This document shows positions 1 through 7,115 of a DNA stretch of 32,000 bases, piece by piece (position 1 is the stretch's first letter; each line of letters opens with the position of its first letter). Source of the DNA: Desulfocapsa sulfexigens DSM 10523 (GTDB lineage: Bacteria > Desulfobacterota > Desulfobulbia > Desulfobulbales > Desulfocapsaceae); NCBI RefSeq assembly GCF_000341395.1, contig NC_020304.1, positions 3,390,001 to 3,422,000 of the forward strand. Reading direction: 5' to 3'. Below the pieces are notes generated by a model. That model was not told the origin of the DNA. It saw only the letters and a list, made by a program, of their open reading frames with translations, and made no database searches. The position numbers were made by a program, and so were the translations under genes.

Positions 1-1
1 C

Positions 2-1639
2 CCTTATTTTTATTCAACCTATGGTGATGTCAACGAAAGCATACCAACAGAGCGAAAGAAGATCATGATCATTGGCGGCGGGCCAAACCGTATCGGCCAG
101 GGTATCGAATTTGATTATTGCTGTGTTCATGGCTCATACGCACTGCAGGGTGCAGGGATTGAAACCATTATGGTGAATTCAAACCCTGAAACCGTCAGCA
201 CCGACTACGACACCAGTGATCGTCTCTATTTTGAGCCTTTGACTCTGGAAGATATCCTTCATATCTATGGGAACGAAAAATGTGACGGTGCCATAGTTCA
301 ATTTGGCGGCCAAACCCCGCTGAATCTCGCCCGTGATCTTGAAAAAAATGGAGTAACCGTCATCGGTACCAGCCCCGCTGATATTGAAGCTGCTGAAGAC
401 CGTAAGTTTTTCAGCCGACTGGTGAAAAACCTTGGCATCCTCCAGCCTGAAAATGGTATGGCCTCGACCATTGAGGAAGCCAGGACCATAGCGGCAGAGA
501 TCGGATATCCGGTGTTGATCCGTCCTTCATTTGTACTGGGCGGACGGGCTATGATGATTGTTTATGATGAAGAGATGCTCACAACATACATGGACGAGGC
601 AGTTGATGCTTCGGAAGATCGACCTGTGCTGATTGATCGCTATCTTGAGGATGCGGTGGAGGTTGATGTGGACTGTATCTCGGATGGTCACACAACGGTT
701 GTGGCCGCGGTCATGGAGCATATTGAACATGCCGGAGCTCATTCTGGTGATTCTGCCTGTATGATTCCTGCCGTCAGTCTTTCAGCTTCAACAGCTGAAA
801 GCATCAGAAGCCATGCCCATTCACTGGCAAAGGGGTTACGGGTATGTGGATTGATGAATATTCAATTCGCCATCCATAACGAGGATGTGTATGTCCTTGA
901 AGTCAATCCGCGCGCCTCACGTACCGTGCCCTTTGTCAGCAAGGCCATTGGCGTCCATCTGGCCAAACTTGGCGCTCTGGTTATGGCCGGATACAGCCTG
1001 GAGTCGCTTGGATTTACTGAAGAGATTATCCCGGCTCACTGCAGTGTCAAAGAGGCGGTATTTCCCTTTAATCGGTTTCCCGGGATTGATGTGCAGCTTG
1101 GCCCGGAAATGAAATCCACCGGTGAGGTCATGGGCATTGATCCTTTCATGAACCTTGCCTTTTATAAAAGTCAGCTGGCTGCCGGTAATCATATTCCCAC
1201 CAGCGGCAACATTTTCTTGAGTATCCGTAACCGGGATAAGGCTGCCATGCTCCCTCTTGCCGACAGACTGTTTAGAATTGGCTTCACCATCTTTGCTACC
1301 AGCGGCACCAGCAGTATTCTCGCAGATCACTCCATCCCCAGCCTCTCTGTTGCGAAAATCGCAGACGGCAGCCCCAATGTTCTTGATCTTATTGAGGAGA
1401 AGAAAGTGGACTGGCTGATCAATATCCCCACCGGCAGCACAACAACACGGATTGACGGAATAAAAATGCGCAGTCTGGCCGTAATGCGAGGACTGCCCAT
1501 CACCACAACCTTAAGCGGTATGCAGGCAGCAACAAATGGACTGTCAACGCTGAAAGAAAAGCCTATTACTGTCTGCAGCCTACAGGAATTTCACAGTAAT
1601 GCACCGCTGATCAACCTGCCAGGAGGCACAGCACCATGA
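2..1639 (+). CDS. carB: Carbamoyl-phosphate synthase large subunit, C-terminal half (second ATP-grasp domain plus MGS-like allosteric domain); 5' end cut by the window edge
   Basis: The frame is open from nt 2 (PYFYSTYGDVNESIPTERKK) into IMIIGGGPNRIGQGIEFDYCCVH, the hallmark start of the second CarB synthetase half. Further CarB motifs are YPVLIRPSFVLGGRAM, LEVNPRASRTVPF and the C-terminal MGS-like IFLSIRNRDK...GFTIFATSGT. The ATG at 65 is internal, not the true start. Confidence 0.95.
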   Translation, partial: PYFYSTYGDVNESIPTERKKIMIIGGGPNRIGQGIEFDYCCVHGSYALQGAGIETIMVNSNPETVSTDYDTSDRLYFEPLTLEDILHIYGNEKCDGAIVQFGGQTPLNLARDLEKNGVTVIGTSPADIEAAEDRKFFSRLVKNLGILQPENGMASTIEEARTIAAEIGYPVLIRPSFVLGGRAMMIVYDEEMLTTYMDEAVDASEDRPVLIDRYLEDAVEVDVDCISDGHTTVVAAVMEHIEHAGAHSGDSACMIPAVSLSASTAESIRSHAHSLAKGLRVCGLMNIQFAIHNEDVYVLEVNPRASRTVPFVSKAIGVHLAKLGALVMAGYSLESLGFTEEIIPAHCSVKEAVFPFNRFPGIDVQLGPEMKSTGEVMGIDPFMNLAFYKSQLAAGNHIPTSGNIFLSIRNRDKAAMLPLADRLFRIGFTIFATSGTSSILADHSIPSLSVAKIADGSPNVLDLIEEKKVDWLINIPTGSTTTRIDGIKMRSLAVMRGLPITTTLSGMQAATNGLSTLKEKPITVCSLQEFHSNAPLINLPGGTAP

Positions 1640-2811
1640 AAGAAGTACAATCAAAATCCTGGGATTGGGCAGCAAAAAGGGAAAAAAAAGCATTTCTTGC
1701 GCTTGAAGACGGCTCAATATATCATGGCTACTCAATTGGGTTTACTCGTGACACCATGGGAGAAGTTGTCTCTAATACCGGCATGACGGGGTATCAGGAG
1801 ATACTCTCTGATCCCTCTTACAGTGGCCAGTTGATCACTCTGACCTACCCTGAAATCGGCAACACAGGAGTAAACCCGGCTGATATGGAGTCAAGAGGTA
1901 TATTTGCCCGTGGTCTGATTGTTCATGATTACAACATTCACAGCAACTGGCGGGCCAAGGAACCGCTCAGCTCATGGCTTACCCGCAGCAAAGTGCCAGC
2001 CATTGGCGGCATAGACACCAGAGCCTTAACCATCAGGTTGCGAGACAAGGGCACTCTTAAAGGCTATCTGGCCGTATCTGGAAGCGTTGAGGAAGAAGAG
2101 GCGGTCAGGCTATCCCGAAAATGGATAGGCCTTGACAATCAGGATTATGCGTCAAGGGTTACCTGTAATAAGGTTCTACAATGTAACATTGAGGAATCCA
2201 TTCTCCCCTCCTGGGGAATTACCGGAAGTCTTTCCCCTGCCAATCTGAAAGTCGTTGCCTATGATTTTGGCATCAAGAGAAATATTCTGCGAAGCCTGCG
2301 GCTTTCCGGTATGGCCGTCACTCTTGTTCCCGCTAAAACTCGAGCCAGTGATGTCCTGGCCTTGAAACCGGACGGTGTCTTTCTCTCAAATGGCCCTGCA
2401 GACCCTACGGCTGTGACCTATGCCATTGATGCAACCCGTGAACTTATAGGGAAAGTTCCGCTCATGGGGATCTGCCTTGGCCACCAGATTCTTGGCCTGG
2501 CGCTAGGAGGCAGAACCAGTCGCCTGAAATTTGGTCATCACGGCTGTAATCATCCGGTTAAAGATCTGCTTACCGGCAGGGTTGAAATCACCTCGCAAAA
2601 TCACAATTTTTCACTTGATCGTGATTCCCTTGATTCCAGCAGAATCGATATTAGCCACATCAACCTTAACGACCAAACCGTGGAAGGAATCAGCCATCGT
2701 AGCGAACCATTATTTTCAGTGCAATACCACCCGGAAGCCTGTCCTGGGCCCCATGATCCCTTTTATCTGTTTGACAGGTTTCGTTTATTAATCGGCGGGA
2801 CAAAGGTATAA
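1636..2811 (+). CDS. carA: Carbamoyl-phosphate synthase small (glutamine amidotransferase) subunit
   Basis: The N-terminal domain reads LALEDGSIYHGYSIG...GEVVSNTGMTGYQEILSDPSYSGQLITLTYPEIGNTG. The GATase triad context is GICLGHQ and VQYHPEA. The ATGA start overlaps the carB stop, and AGGAGG lies 9 nt upstream. Confidence 0.95.
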   Translation: MKEVQSKSWDWAAKREKKAFLALEDGSIYHGYSIGFTRDTMGEVVSNTGMTGYQEILSDPSYSGQLITLTYPEIGNTGVNPADMESRGIFARGLIVHDYNIHSNWRAKEPLSSWLTRSKVPAIGGIDTRALTIRLRDKGTLKGYLAVSGSVEEEEAVRLSRKWIGLDNQDYASRVTCNKVLQCNIEESILPSWGITGSLSPANLKVVAYDFGIKRNILRSLRLSGMAVTLVPAKTRASDVLALKPDGVFLSNGPADPTAVTYAIDATRELIGKVPLMGICLGHQILGLALGGRTSRLKFGHHGCNHPVKDLLTGRVEITSQNHNFSLDRDSLDSSRIDISHINLNDQTVEGISHRSEPLFSVQYHPEACPGPHDPFYLFDRFRLLIGGTKV

Positions 2812-2816
2812 AAGAT

Positions 2817-3491
2817 ATGGCAGAACGGAAGAAAAATTGCCTGGCTCCGGACATTCATCCTGATTTCCAGCAAGGCAGTTTGGGACATGCTGAAAAAGAA
2901 GAAGGAACTGGTACCCCCATACCGACAAAGGAGTTCCGTAAACAGCAGATGATGGTGATCGGCAATCGATCACAGGTATATAAAGCAATGATGTTTGCCT
3001 GGTTGCTGTCATTTCTCTCTATTCCGCTATTTTCGTTTTACGGACGTCCTTTGCAGCTCTATACAATGACGCGGTTTTCCTCAGAAGAACTGACTTTCCG
3101 GCTTGGTCTGTTTTTTGGTGCTATGGTGCTCATTTTATTTGTGTCTCTGCTGAAAACCCGACATAATCCTTACGCTTATCAACTTGTCTGGGTAATGCCG
3201 CTGGCTATATTCTTCTACTTCAGTCTCCCCTTTGTCGAAAAGATACATATAGCTCTCTTTGGCTTGTTCGGCTTTCTAACCCAAAAACTTTTTGAACAGA
3301 AAATGGCTGCTGTTTTCTGTATTTCCATCTCTTTTCTGGATGAGTTATTTCAGCATTTCCTTGTTGACAGGGTAGGTGACTGGCGTGATGTGTGGTTGAA
3401 TCTTTTTTCAGCTTCCCTTGGAATGTTCATTGCCTTTATTCTTTCCGAAGCCGGCTGCAAAAATTCTAAAGAAAATTCTACAGAATGCTAA
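2817..3491 (+). CDS. VanZ-like integral membrane protein
   Basis: Several hydrophobic helices are present. VanZ-family patterns are EKIHIALFGLFGFL and LDELFQHFLVDRVGDWRDVWLNLFSASLGMF. The start is uncertain, since an internal MM at 2949 is also possible. The gene begins 5 nt after carA and overlaps the next gene by 7 nt. Confidence 0.55.
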   Translation: MAERKKNCLAPDIHPDFQQGSLGHAEKEEGTGTPIPTKEFRKQQMMVIGNRSQVYKAMMFAWLLSFLSIPLFSFYGRPLQLYTMTRFSSEELTFRLGLFFGAMVLILFVSLLKTRHNPYAYQLVWVMPLAIFFYFSLPFVEKIHIALFGLFGFLTQKLFEQKMAAVFCISISFLDELFQHFLVDRVGDWRDVWLNLFSASLGMFIAFILSEAGCKNSKENSTEC

Positions 3492-4330
3492 AACAATCTA
3501 TTTTCATCCTTTTGGTGATTTGTTTATCTTTTCCCGCTGCAGAAGCTTACAGTGGAGACTTAAAGATAGTTGTTCTTGATGTGGGAATGGGCCAGAGTAT
3601 ATTGCTAACAGATCATGGTCACGGCCTTCTTATTGATACAGGTCTTGCTGAGTATCCCCCTCAGGTGTTGGCGAGGATGGATTATTATGGCGTACAGACA
3701 CTGGATTATCTTGTCCTCAGCCACCTTCATTCCGATCATGCTGCAGGGTACTTTGAAATCAGGAAAGCCTGGTCCGATGCTCCCGTTTTAGGGAGCTGTT
3801 ATGTGCCCGAAAGACTCCTTCCCGAAGAAGAGGCATTTTTGAAAAAAATTCAGCCGGTTCTTTCCGTGGATCCTCTTTATGGTTGCCTTGCTGCAGGAGA
3901 CACTATTTCCTGGCAGGGCTATGAACTGCAGGTTTTATGGCCCATTGTCGCACACGAAACGAATCTCAACCTTAATTCTCTTGTCCTGTTGTTAAAAAAC
4001 TCACGGGGAGGGAGCCTGCTCGTCATGGGGGATGTGGATAAATCTGTGGAAAAAAGTCTAATTCCGGTGCTACAATCCATCCTGCCTCTTTCCGGAGTTA
4101 ATTTGTATGTTGCATCGCATCATGCTTCAGCAGCCGGTACCGATCCTGAATTTTTAAATGTTGTACGACCACAGGTTTCCATTATTTCCGTTGGAAGAAA
4201 CAATCGCTTCGGGTATCCAGCTGAAAACAGCGTACGCTTCCTTGAGCAGTACAGCAAAACCGTAGTCCGAACGGACAGAAATGGCGAAATCTGTTATACG
4301 CTGGGGATGACAGCAGTACCCTGTAAGTAG
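3485..4330 (+). CDS. Secreted MBL-fold metallo-hydrolase, resembling the ComEC/Rec2 C-terminal lactamase domain
   Basis: The N-terminal signal peptide is MLKQSIFILLVICLSFPAAEA. The MBL start is KIVVLDVGMGQSILL...LLIDTG, and the metal motif is LSHLHSDHAAG (HxHxDH). The C-terminal VASHHAS...ISVGRNNRFGYP is typical of the ComEC-type lactamase domain. Confidence 0.75.
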   Translation: MLKQSIFILLVICLSFPAAEAYSGDLKIVVLDVGMGQSILLTDHGHGLLIDTGLAEYPPQVLARMDYYGVQTLDYLVLSHLHSDHAAGYFEIRKAWSDAPVLGSCYVPERLLPEEEAFLKKIQPVLSVDPLYGCLAAGDTISWQGYELQVLWPIVAHETNLNLNSLVLLLKNSRGGSLLVMGDVDKSVEKSLIPVLQSILPLSGVNLYVASHHASAAGTDPEFLNVVRPQVSIISVGRNNRFGYPAENSVRFLEQYSKTVVRTDRNGEICYTLGMTAVPCK

Positions 4331-4555
4331 ATCTCGGGCAAGACCGGGAGATCAACGGAGAAAATTTGAGAGAATACAATACTGATGTCAATCTTTACAA
4401 TCAAACGAAAAGATAGTGATCTGCTCAAAGAACACGGCATGGTGCTGAACTGACTGCTTGGGTGACATCAGCCACGGTGGTATTGTTGAAATTGAAGATG
4501 AGCTTGAGGCTGAAAAGCCACAGGGACAGAGGTTAGGCGGCAGCAACTACCTTAA

Positions 4556-4601
4556 CCGGCACCATCTGGATTGGTTTCACAACCAATCCAGATGGTGCCG
4601 G
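4556..4601. repeat. Perfect 21-bp inverted repeat with a 4-nt loop, lying between convergent genes
   Basis: CCGGCACCATCTGGATTGGTT (4556-4576), TCAC, AACCAATCCAGATGGTGCCGG (4581-4601) has no mismatches. Neither side has a flanking U/T tract. It lies 226 nt past the stop of the plus-strand gene and 95 nt past the stop of the minus-strand gene. Confidence 0.9.
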
Positions 4602-4696
4602 CAGATAGTATTCAGATCAAAATGATAAATATTTCCCGAAACAACCAGCTTAATCACCAGGAGGTGCAACTGGCGCTTTCGATTTTCTCCAGGAAA

Positions 4697-5578
4697 TCAG
4701 ACTTCCTTAATGCCTTCCAGCTTCCAATCCTCTGTACCCAGTGGGCGTGCCCAGGTCCACTCTTCGGCAAATTTCACGGGCTCGGTCATACTGCCGGAGA
4801 GTAACTCGCCACTCTTGTCATCAACGGTGTAATCAAGAAGATTTGCTGTAAAAAGAACGGTCGCAAAATCTTCCCCGTTTTCAGAACCGGCGGAAACAAG
4901 TTCAACCTTGCGAATGGAAATATTCTCAAGTTTATTGATCTCACCCTTAGATTCCATCTCGGCAAATTGAACTTCGTACTCAGCAGCGAGCTGTTCTCCC
5001 AGAAGATTTCTGTAGGAACTTATATCACGCCGCATCCAACCGGCCTGTACTTTATAGAACACATCCGATGCCACCTGAACAAAATAATCTTTATCAAAGC
5101 CTGGGTCAGCTATACGAATAAGATCCAGACCTTCTTCCAGCGCGGTTTTCGGGGGGGCTTGCGGTGGGGCTTTGAATCCGCCGGAAGCAGGAGCTTGATA
5201 TCCGGGAGATGCGCCACCGGAAGAACGTGCGGCCGTGAACCTTCTATACATAAAGAAAGCAACAATACCAAGGAGGAGGAAAGGAAGTATTCCCATACCG
5301 GTTCCTCCCATTCCAAACATACTGCCAAGCAGCATCCCTCCGATTGCACCGCCAAGCAGACCACCCATCAGTCCGCGGCCCATTCCAGGCTGCTTCTGCT
5401 CGGTAGCCGGCTTCTGGTTCTGGGTTACAGGAGCCTTTTGGGCTGGTGTTGAACGAAAAGAGCGTCCGCCCCCCCGGGAACGAGCATCTGAATACTCTGC
5501 CATGATACCTGCCTCAACAAAACAGAGGGTAAAAAAAAAGAGAAAAAAAGGAGTGAATTTCCTCATGGAATTCAGCAT
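4697..5578 (-). CDS. Tim44-like domain membrane protein (signal/anchor, Gly-rich membrane segment, C-terminal Tim44-like domain)
   Basis: I chose the start at 5578 because GGAGGA lies 5 nt upstream of ATG (MLNSMRKFTPFFLFFFTLCFVEAG). The Gly/Met-rich hydrophobic stretch is GLMGGLLGGAIGGMLLGSMFGMGG. The C-terminal pattern FDKDYFVQVASDVFYKVQAGWMRRD...EEWTWARP...DWKLEGI is typical of bacterial Tim44-like proteins. Confidence 0.7.
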   Translation of the reverse strand: MLNSMRKFTPFFLFFFTLCFVEAGIMAEYSDARSRGGGRSFRSTPAQKAPVTQNQKPATEQKQPGMGRGLMGGLLGGAIGGMLLGSMFGMGGTGMGILPFLLLGIVAFFMYRRFTAARSSGGASPGYQAPASGGFKAPPQAPPKTALEEGLDLIRIADPGFDKDYFVQVASDVFYKVQAGWMRRDISSYRNLLGEQLAAEYEVQFAEMESKGEINKLENISIRKVELVSAGSENGEDFATVLFTANLLDYTVDDKSGELLSGSMTEPVKFAEEWTWARPLGTEDWKLEGIKEV

Positions 5579-6123
5579 TATATTCCTCCAGAAAATGATT
5601 GTATAAAAGACTTTTATTTCCCGTATATTACCAGCAGGCCATATTCCTGTCATCCCTTTTAGCAGCCTCAGACCAGTGCAGGACCCTCTCGCGAAATGAA
5701 GCATTTTTCCTGTATATCAGCCACCTACAGTTACATGTTCGAATAAACTGAACGAATGAGTTTGATTTATCTAACAGACTCATTTTGACCTGTGCTGCCC
5801 CATTTTGAGTAAAGAAACGAAACATGATTTATAAAATTAAGAGACTTCGTTTTTTAATTTCCGTAACCTACCCTCTTTGTCAGATTGTGGATTGCCCTTC
5901 AATGTAATGAAGAGATTGTTTATTACAACAAAGCACCTCCCTGCCTAAAAACAGACCACTTCCCCCCGCCATTCTTTTCTGTCGAGCACCCTGCAACGTA
6001 AAAATGTGAAACCGGGTTGTAAAAGTTGATCAGACAGAGATGTCCTGCTCATCAGCAACGAACCTACGCTACACTATATGTTTATCAAATCTGCCAACAA
6101 GTGAGCTGTTGGTGCAAAAAATA

Positions 6124-6152
6124 TTGATTTCCTGTCTTGTTGTGTGTATAAG
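6124..6152 (+). promoter_or_regulatory. Candidate sigma-70 type promoter (TTGATT-17 nt-TATAAG)
   Basis: TTGATT at 6124-6129 and TATAAG at 6147-6152 are separated by exactly 17 nt. The site sits in a 990-bp gap with no long ORF, upstream of a structured region that ends in a strong terminator. Confidence 0.3.
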
Positions 6153-6156
6153 TGTT

Positions 6157-6374
6157 TCCGGATAATAAGCGAAGACTTGGGGGACATATGACAAATATGT
6201 CTGTCAGGCATAACAATGCACCAGCAAAGATTTTTCGTGGTGTCGTCATCTTGGCTTAAAAATATATGGCAGCAAGTCTGGCCGGACTTTATTTTACTAT
6301 TAAAATAAAGTGCGTATCAGAACAAAAAGGCCGAAGAATTACTGAATATTCAGTGATCTTCGGCCTTTTTTTTT
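6157..6374 (+). ncRNA. Candidate structured small RNA or leader of about 215 nt, family not recognised
   Basis: Nested complementarity is visible by eye. TCCGG 6157-6161 pairs with CCGGA 6282-6286, and AGACTTG 6173-6179 pairs with CAAGTCT 6273-6279. Internal hairpins are GACATAT/ATATGTC (6184-6202), GCAT/ATGC and CACCA/TGGTG. A 10-bp AU hairpin is CTTTATTTTA/TAAAATAAAG (6287-6310). A terminator follows at 6328-6374. Confidence 0.3.
6328..6374 (+). terminator. Rho-independent terminator
   Basis: The 10-bp stem is AGGCCGAAGA (6328-6337) with TCTTCGGCCT (6357-6366). An inner palindrome is ACTGAAT/ATTCAGT. A run of nine T follows at 6366-6374. An upstream A-run means it could work in both directions. 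Confidence 0.75.
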
Positions 6375-6515
6375 GCAAAAAATAAGGAAACCATCGTTTT
6401 AGTAATCACCGGAGAACAGCATGACCAACAAACGAATTGTCTGTGATGAAAAGCAGTACATCATTAACACGGACGATAAAATAAACAGCTCAAAAAGAAC
6501 CCGGCCCGACACCAA

Positions 6516-6545
6516 TTTTCAAATGAGATAAACCCCACTTATAAT
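6516..6545 (+). promoter_or_regulatory. Candidate sigma-70 promoter for purE (TTTTCA-18 nt-TATAAT)
   Basis: A perfect TATAAT at 6540-6545 lies 27 nt upstream of the purE ATG. The -35-like hexamer TTTTCA at 6516-6521 is weak. Confidence 0.3.
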
Positions 6546-6572
6546 TTTAAAAAAAACATAAGGTATAAGAAA

Positions 6573-7067
6573 ATGACTCAAAAACCACTTGTTGGAATTC
6601 TCATGGGCAGCGACTCTGACCTGCCAGTCATGAAAAAAGCGCTGGCAGTGCTTGCTGAAATGGGCGTTGCCTGCGAAATGGACATCAGCTCGGCCCATCG
6701 GCTGCCGGATAAAACGGCCGAGTATGCCCGTACGGCAAGAGAACGCGGCCTTGAAGTAATCATTGCAGGAGCAGGAATGGCAGCCCACCTGGCAGGAGTT
6801 ATTGCCGCCCATACTACTCTGCCGGTGATCGGTGTACCTCTGGCCTCAGGGGCCATGAACGGAGTGGACGCACTTCATGCCACGGTACAGATGCCTCCTG
6901 GTATCCCCGTGGCAACTGTGGCCATTGATGGTGCCAAAAATGCAGCCTATCTGGCCTGTGAGATCCTTTCAATCAAATACCCGGAACTCACCGATGCCCT
7001 TGAGAAATACAGGGAAGAGACCCGCCGGACTCTGATGGAAAAATCTGCACAGTTACGCCAGGTTTGA
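6573..7067 (+). CDS. purE: N5-carboxyaminoimidazole ribonucleotide mutase (class I PurE)
   Basis: Motifs are VGILMGSDSDLPVM, SSAHRLPDK, IIAGAGMAAHLAGVIAAHTTLPVIGVPL and VQMPPGIPVATVAI. Confidence 0.93.
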   Translation: MTQKPLVGILMGSDSDLPVMKKALAVLAEMGVACEMDISSAHRLPDKTAEYARTARERGLEVIIAGAGMAAHLAGVIAAHTTLPVIGVPLASGAMNGVDALHATVQMPPGIPVATVAIDGAKNAAYLACEILSIKYPELTDALEKYREETRRTLMEKSAQLRQV

Positions 7068-7115
7068 ACCTAGCCCATAAACGACCCACCAATAACTAAT
7101 TACAGGAGCAGTATC

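Noticed and set aside
1-64. The possibility that carB is a naturally split gene starting at the ATG at 65, as in some archaea and Aquificae
   Set aside because: The reading frame is open from nt 2 and encodes PYFYSTYGDVNESIPTERKK, which is normal CarB sequence preceding the second synthetase half. The gene is simply cut by the window edge.
917-1330. A 137-aa minus-strand ORF inside carB, together with similar ORFs at 298-489 and 527-742
   Set aside because: They lie entirely antisense to a strongly supported gene, carry no motifs and have odd composition. These are shadow ORFs.
4333-4356. The hairpin GATCTC..GAGATC just after the MBL gene stop, considered as a terminator
   Set aside because: It has only 6+2 bp with a bulge and no T-tract. 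That is too weak.
4571-4804. A 77-aa plus-strand ORF that begins inside the 21-bp palindrome and runs into the 3' end of the Tim44-like gene
   Set aside because: It starts within a perfect hairpin, has no RBS and overlaps the converging gene.
5579-5704. The upstream extension of the Tim44-like ORF (tracked start 5704), and the 65-aa minus ORF at 5628-5825
   Set aside because: The internal ATG at 5578 has a GGAGGA RBS at ideal spacing and immediately encodes a signal/anchor sequence. The extension has no protein-like features.
6188-6531. Small ORFs of 23 aa (6188-6259) and 36 aa (6421-6531) in the purE upstream gap
   Set aside because: They are not reported as genes. The Shine-Dalgarno spacing is poor for the first, and I cannot assess conservation for either. 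They are kept only as a note under the ncRNA-candidate finding.
6157-6572. A purine, ZTP (pfl) or other known riboswitch controlling purE
   Set aside because: I could not find the conserved cores, for example the ZTP CCGCCTGGGC-type element or the purine-riboswitch loop motifs. The terminator is 199 nt from the purE start, and a separate TATAAT box lies in between.
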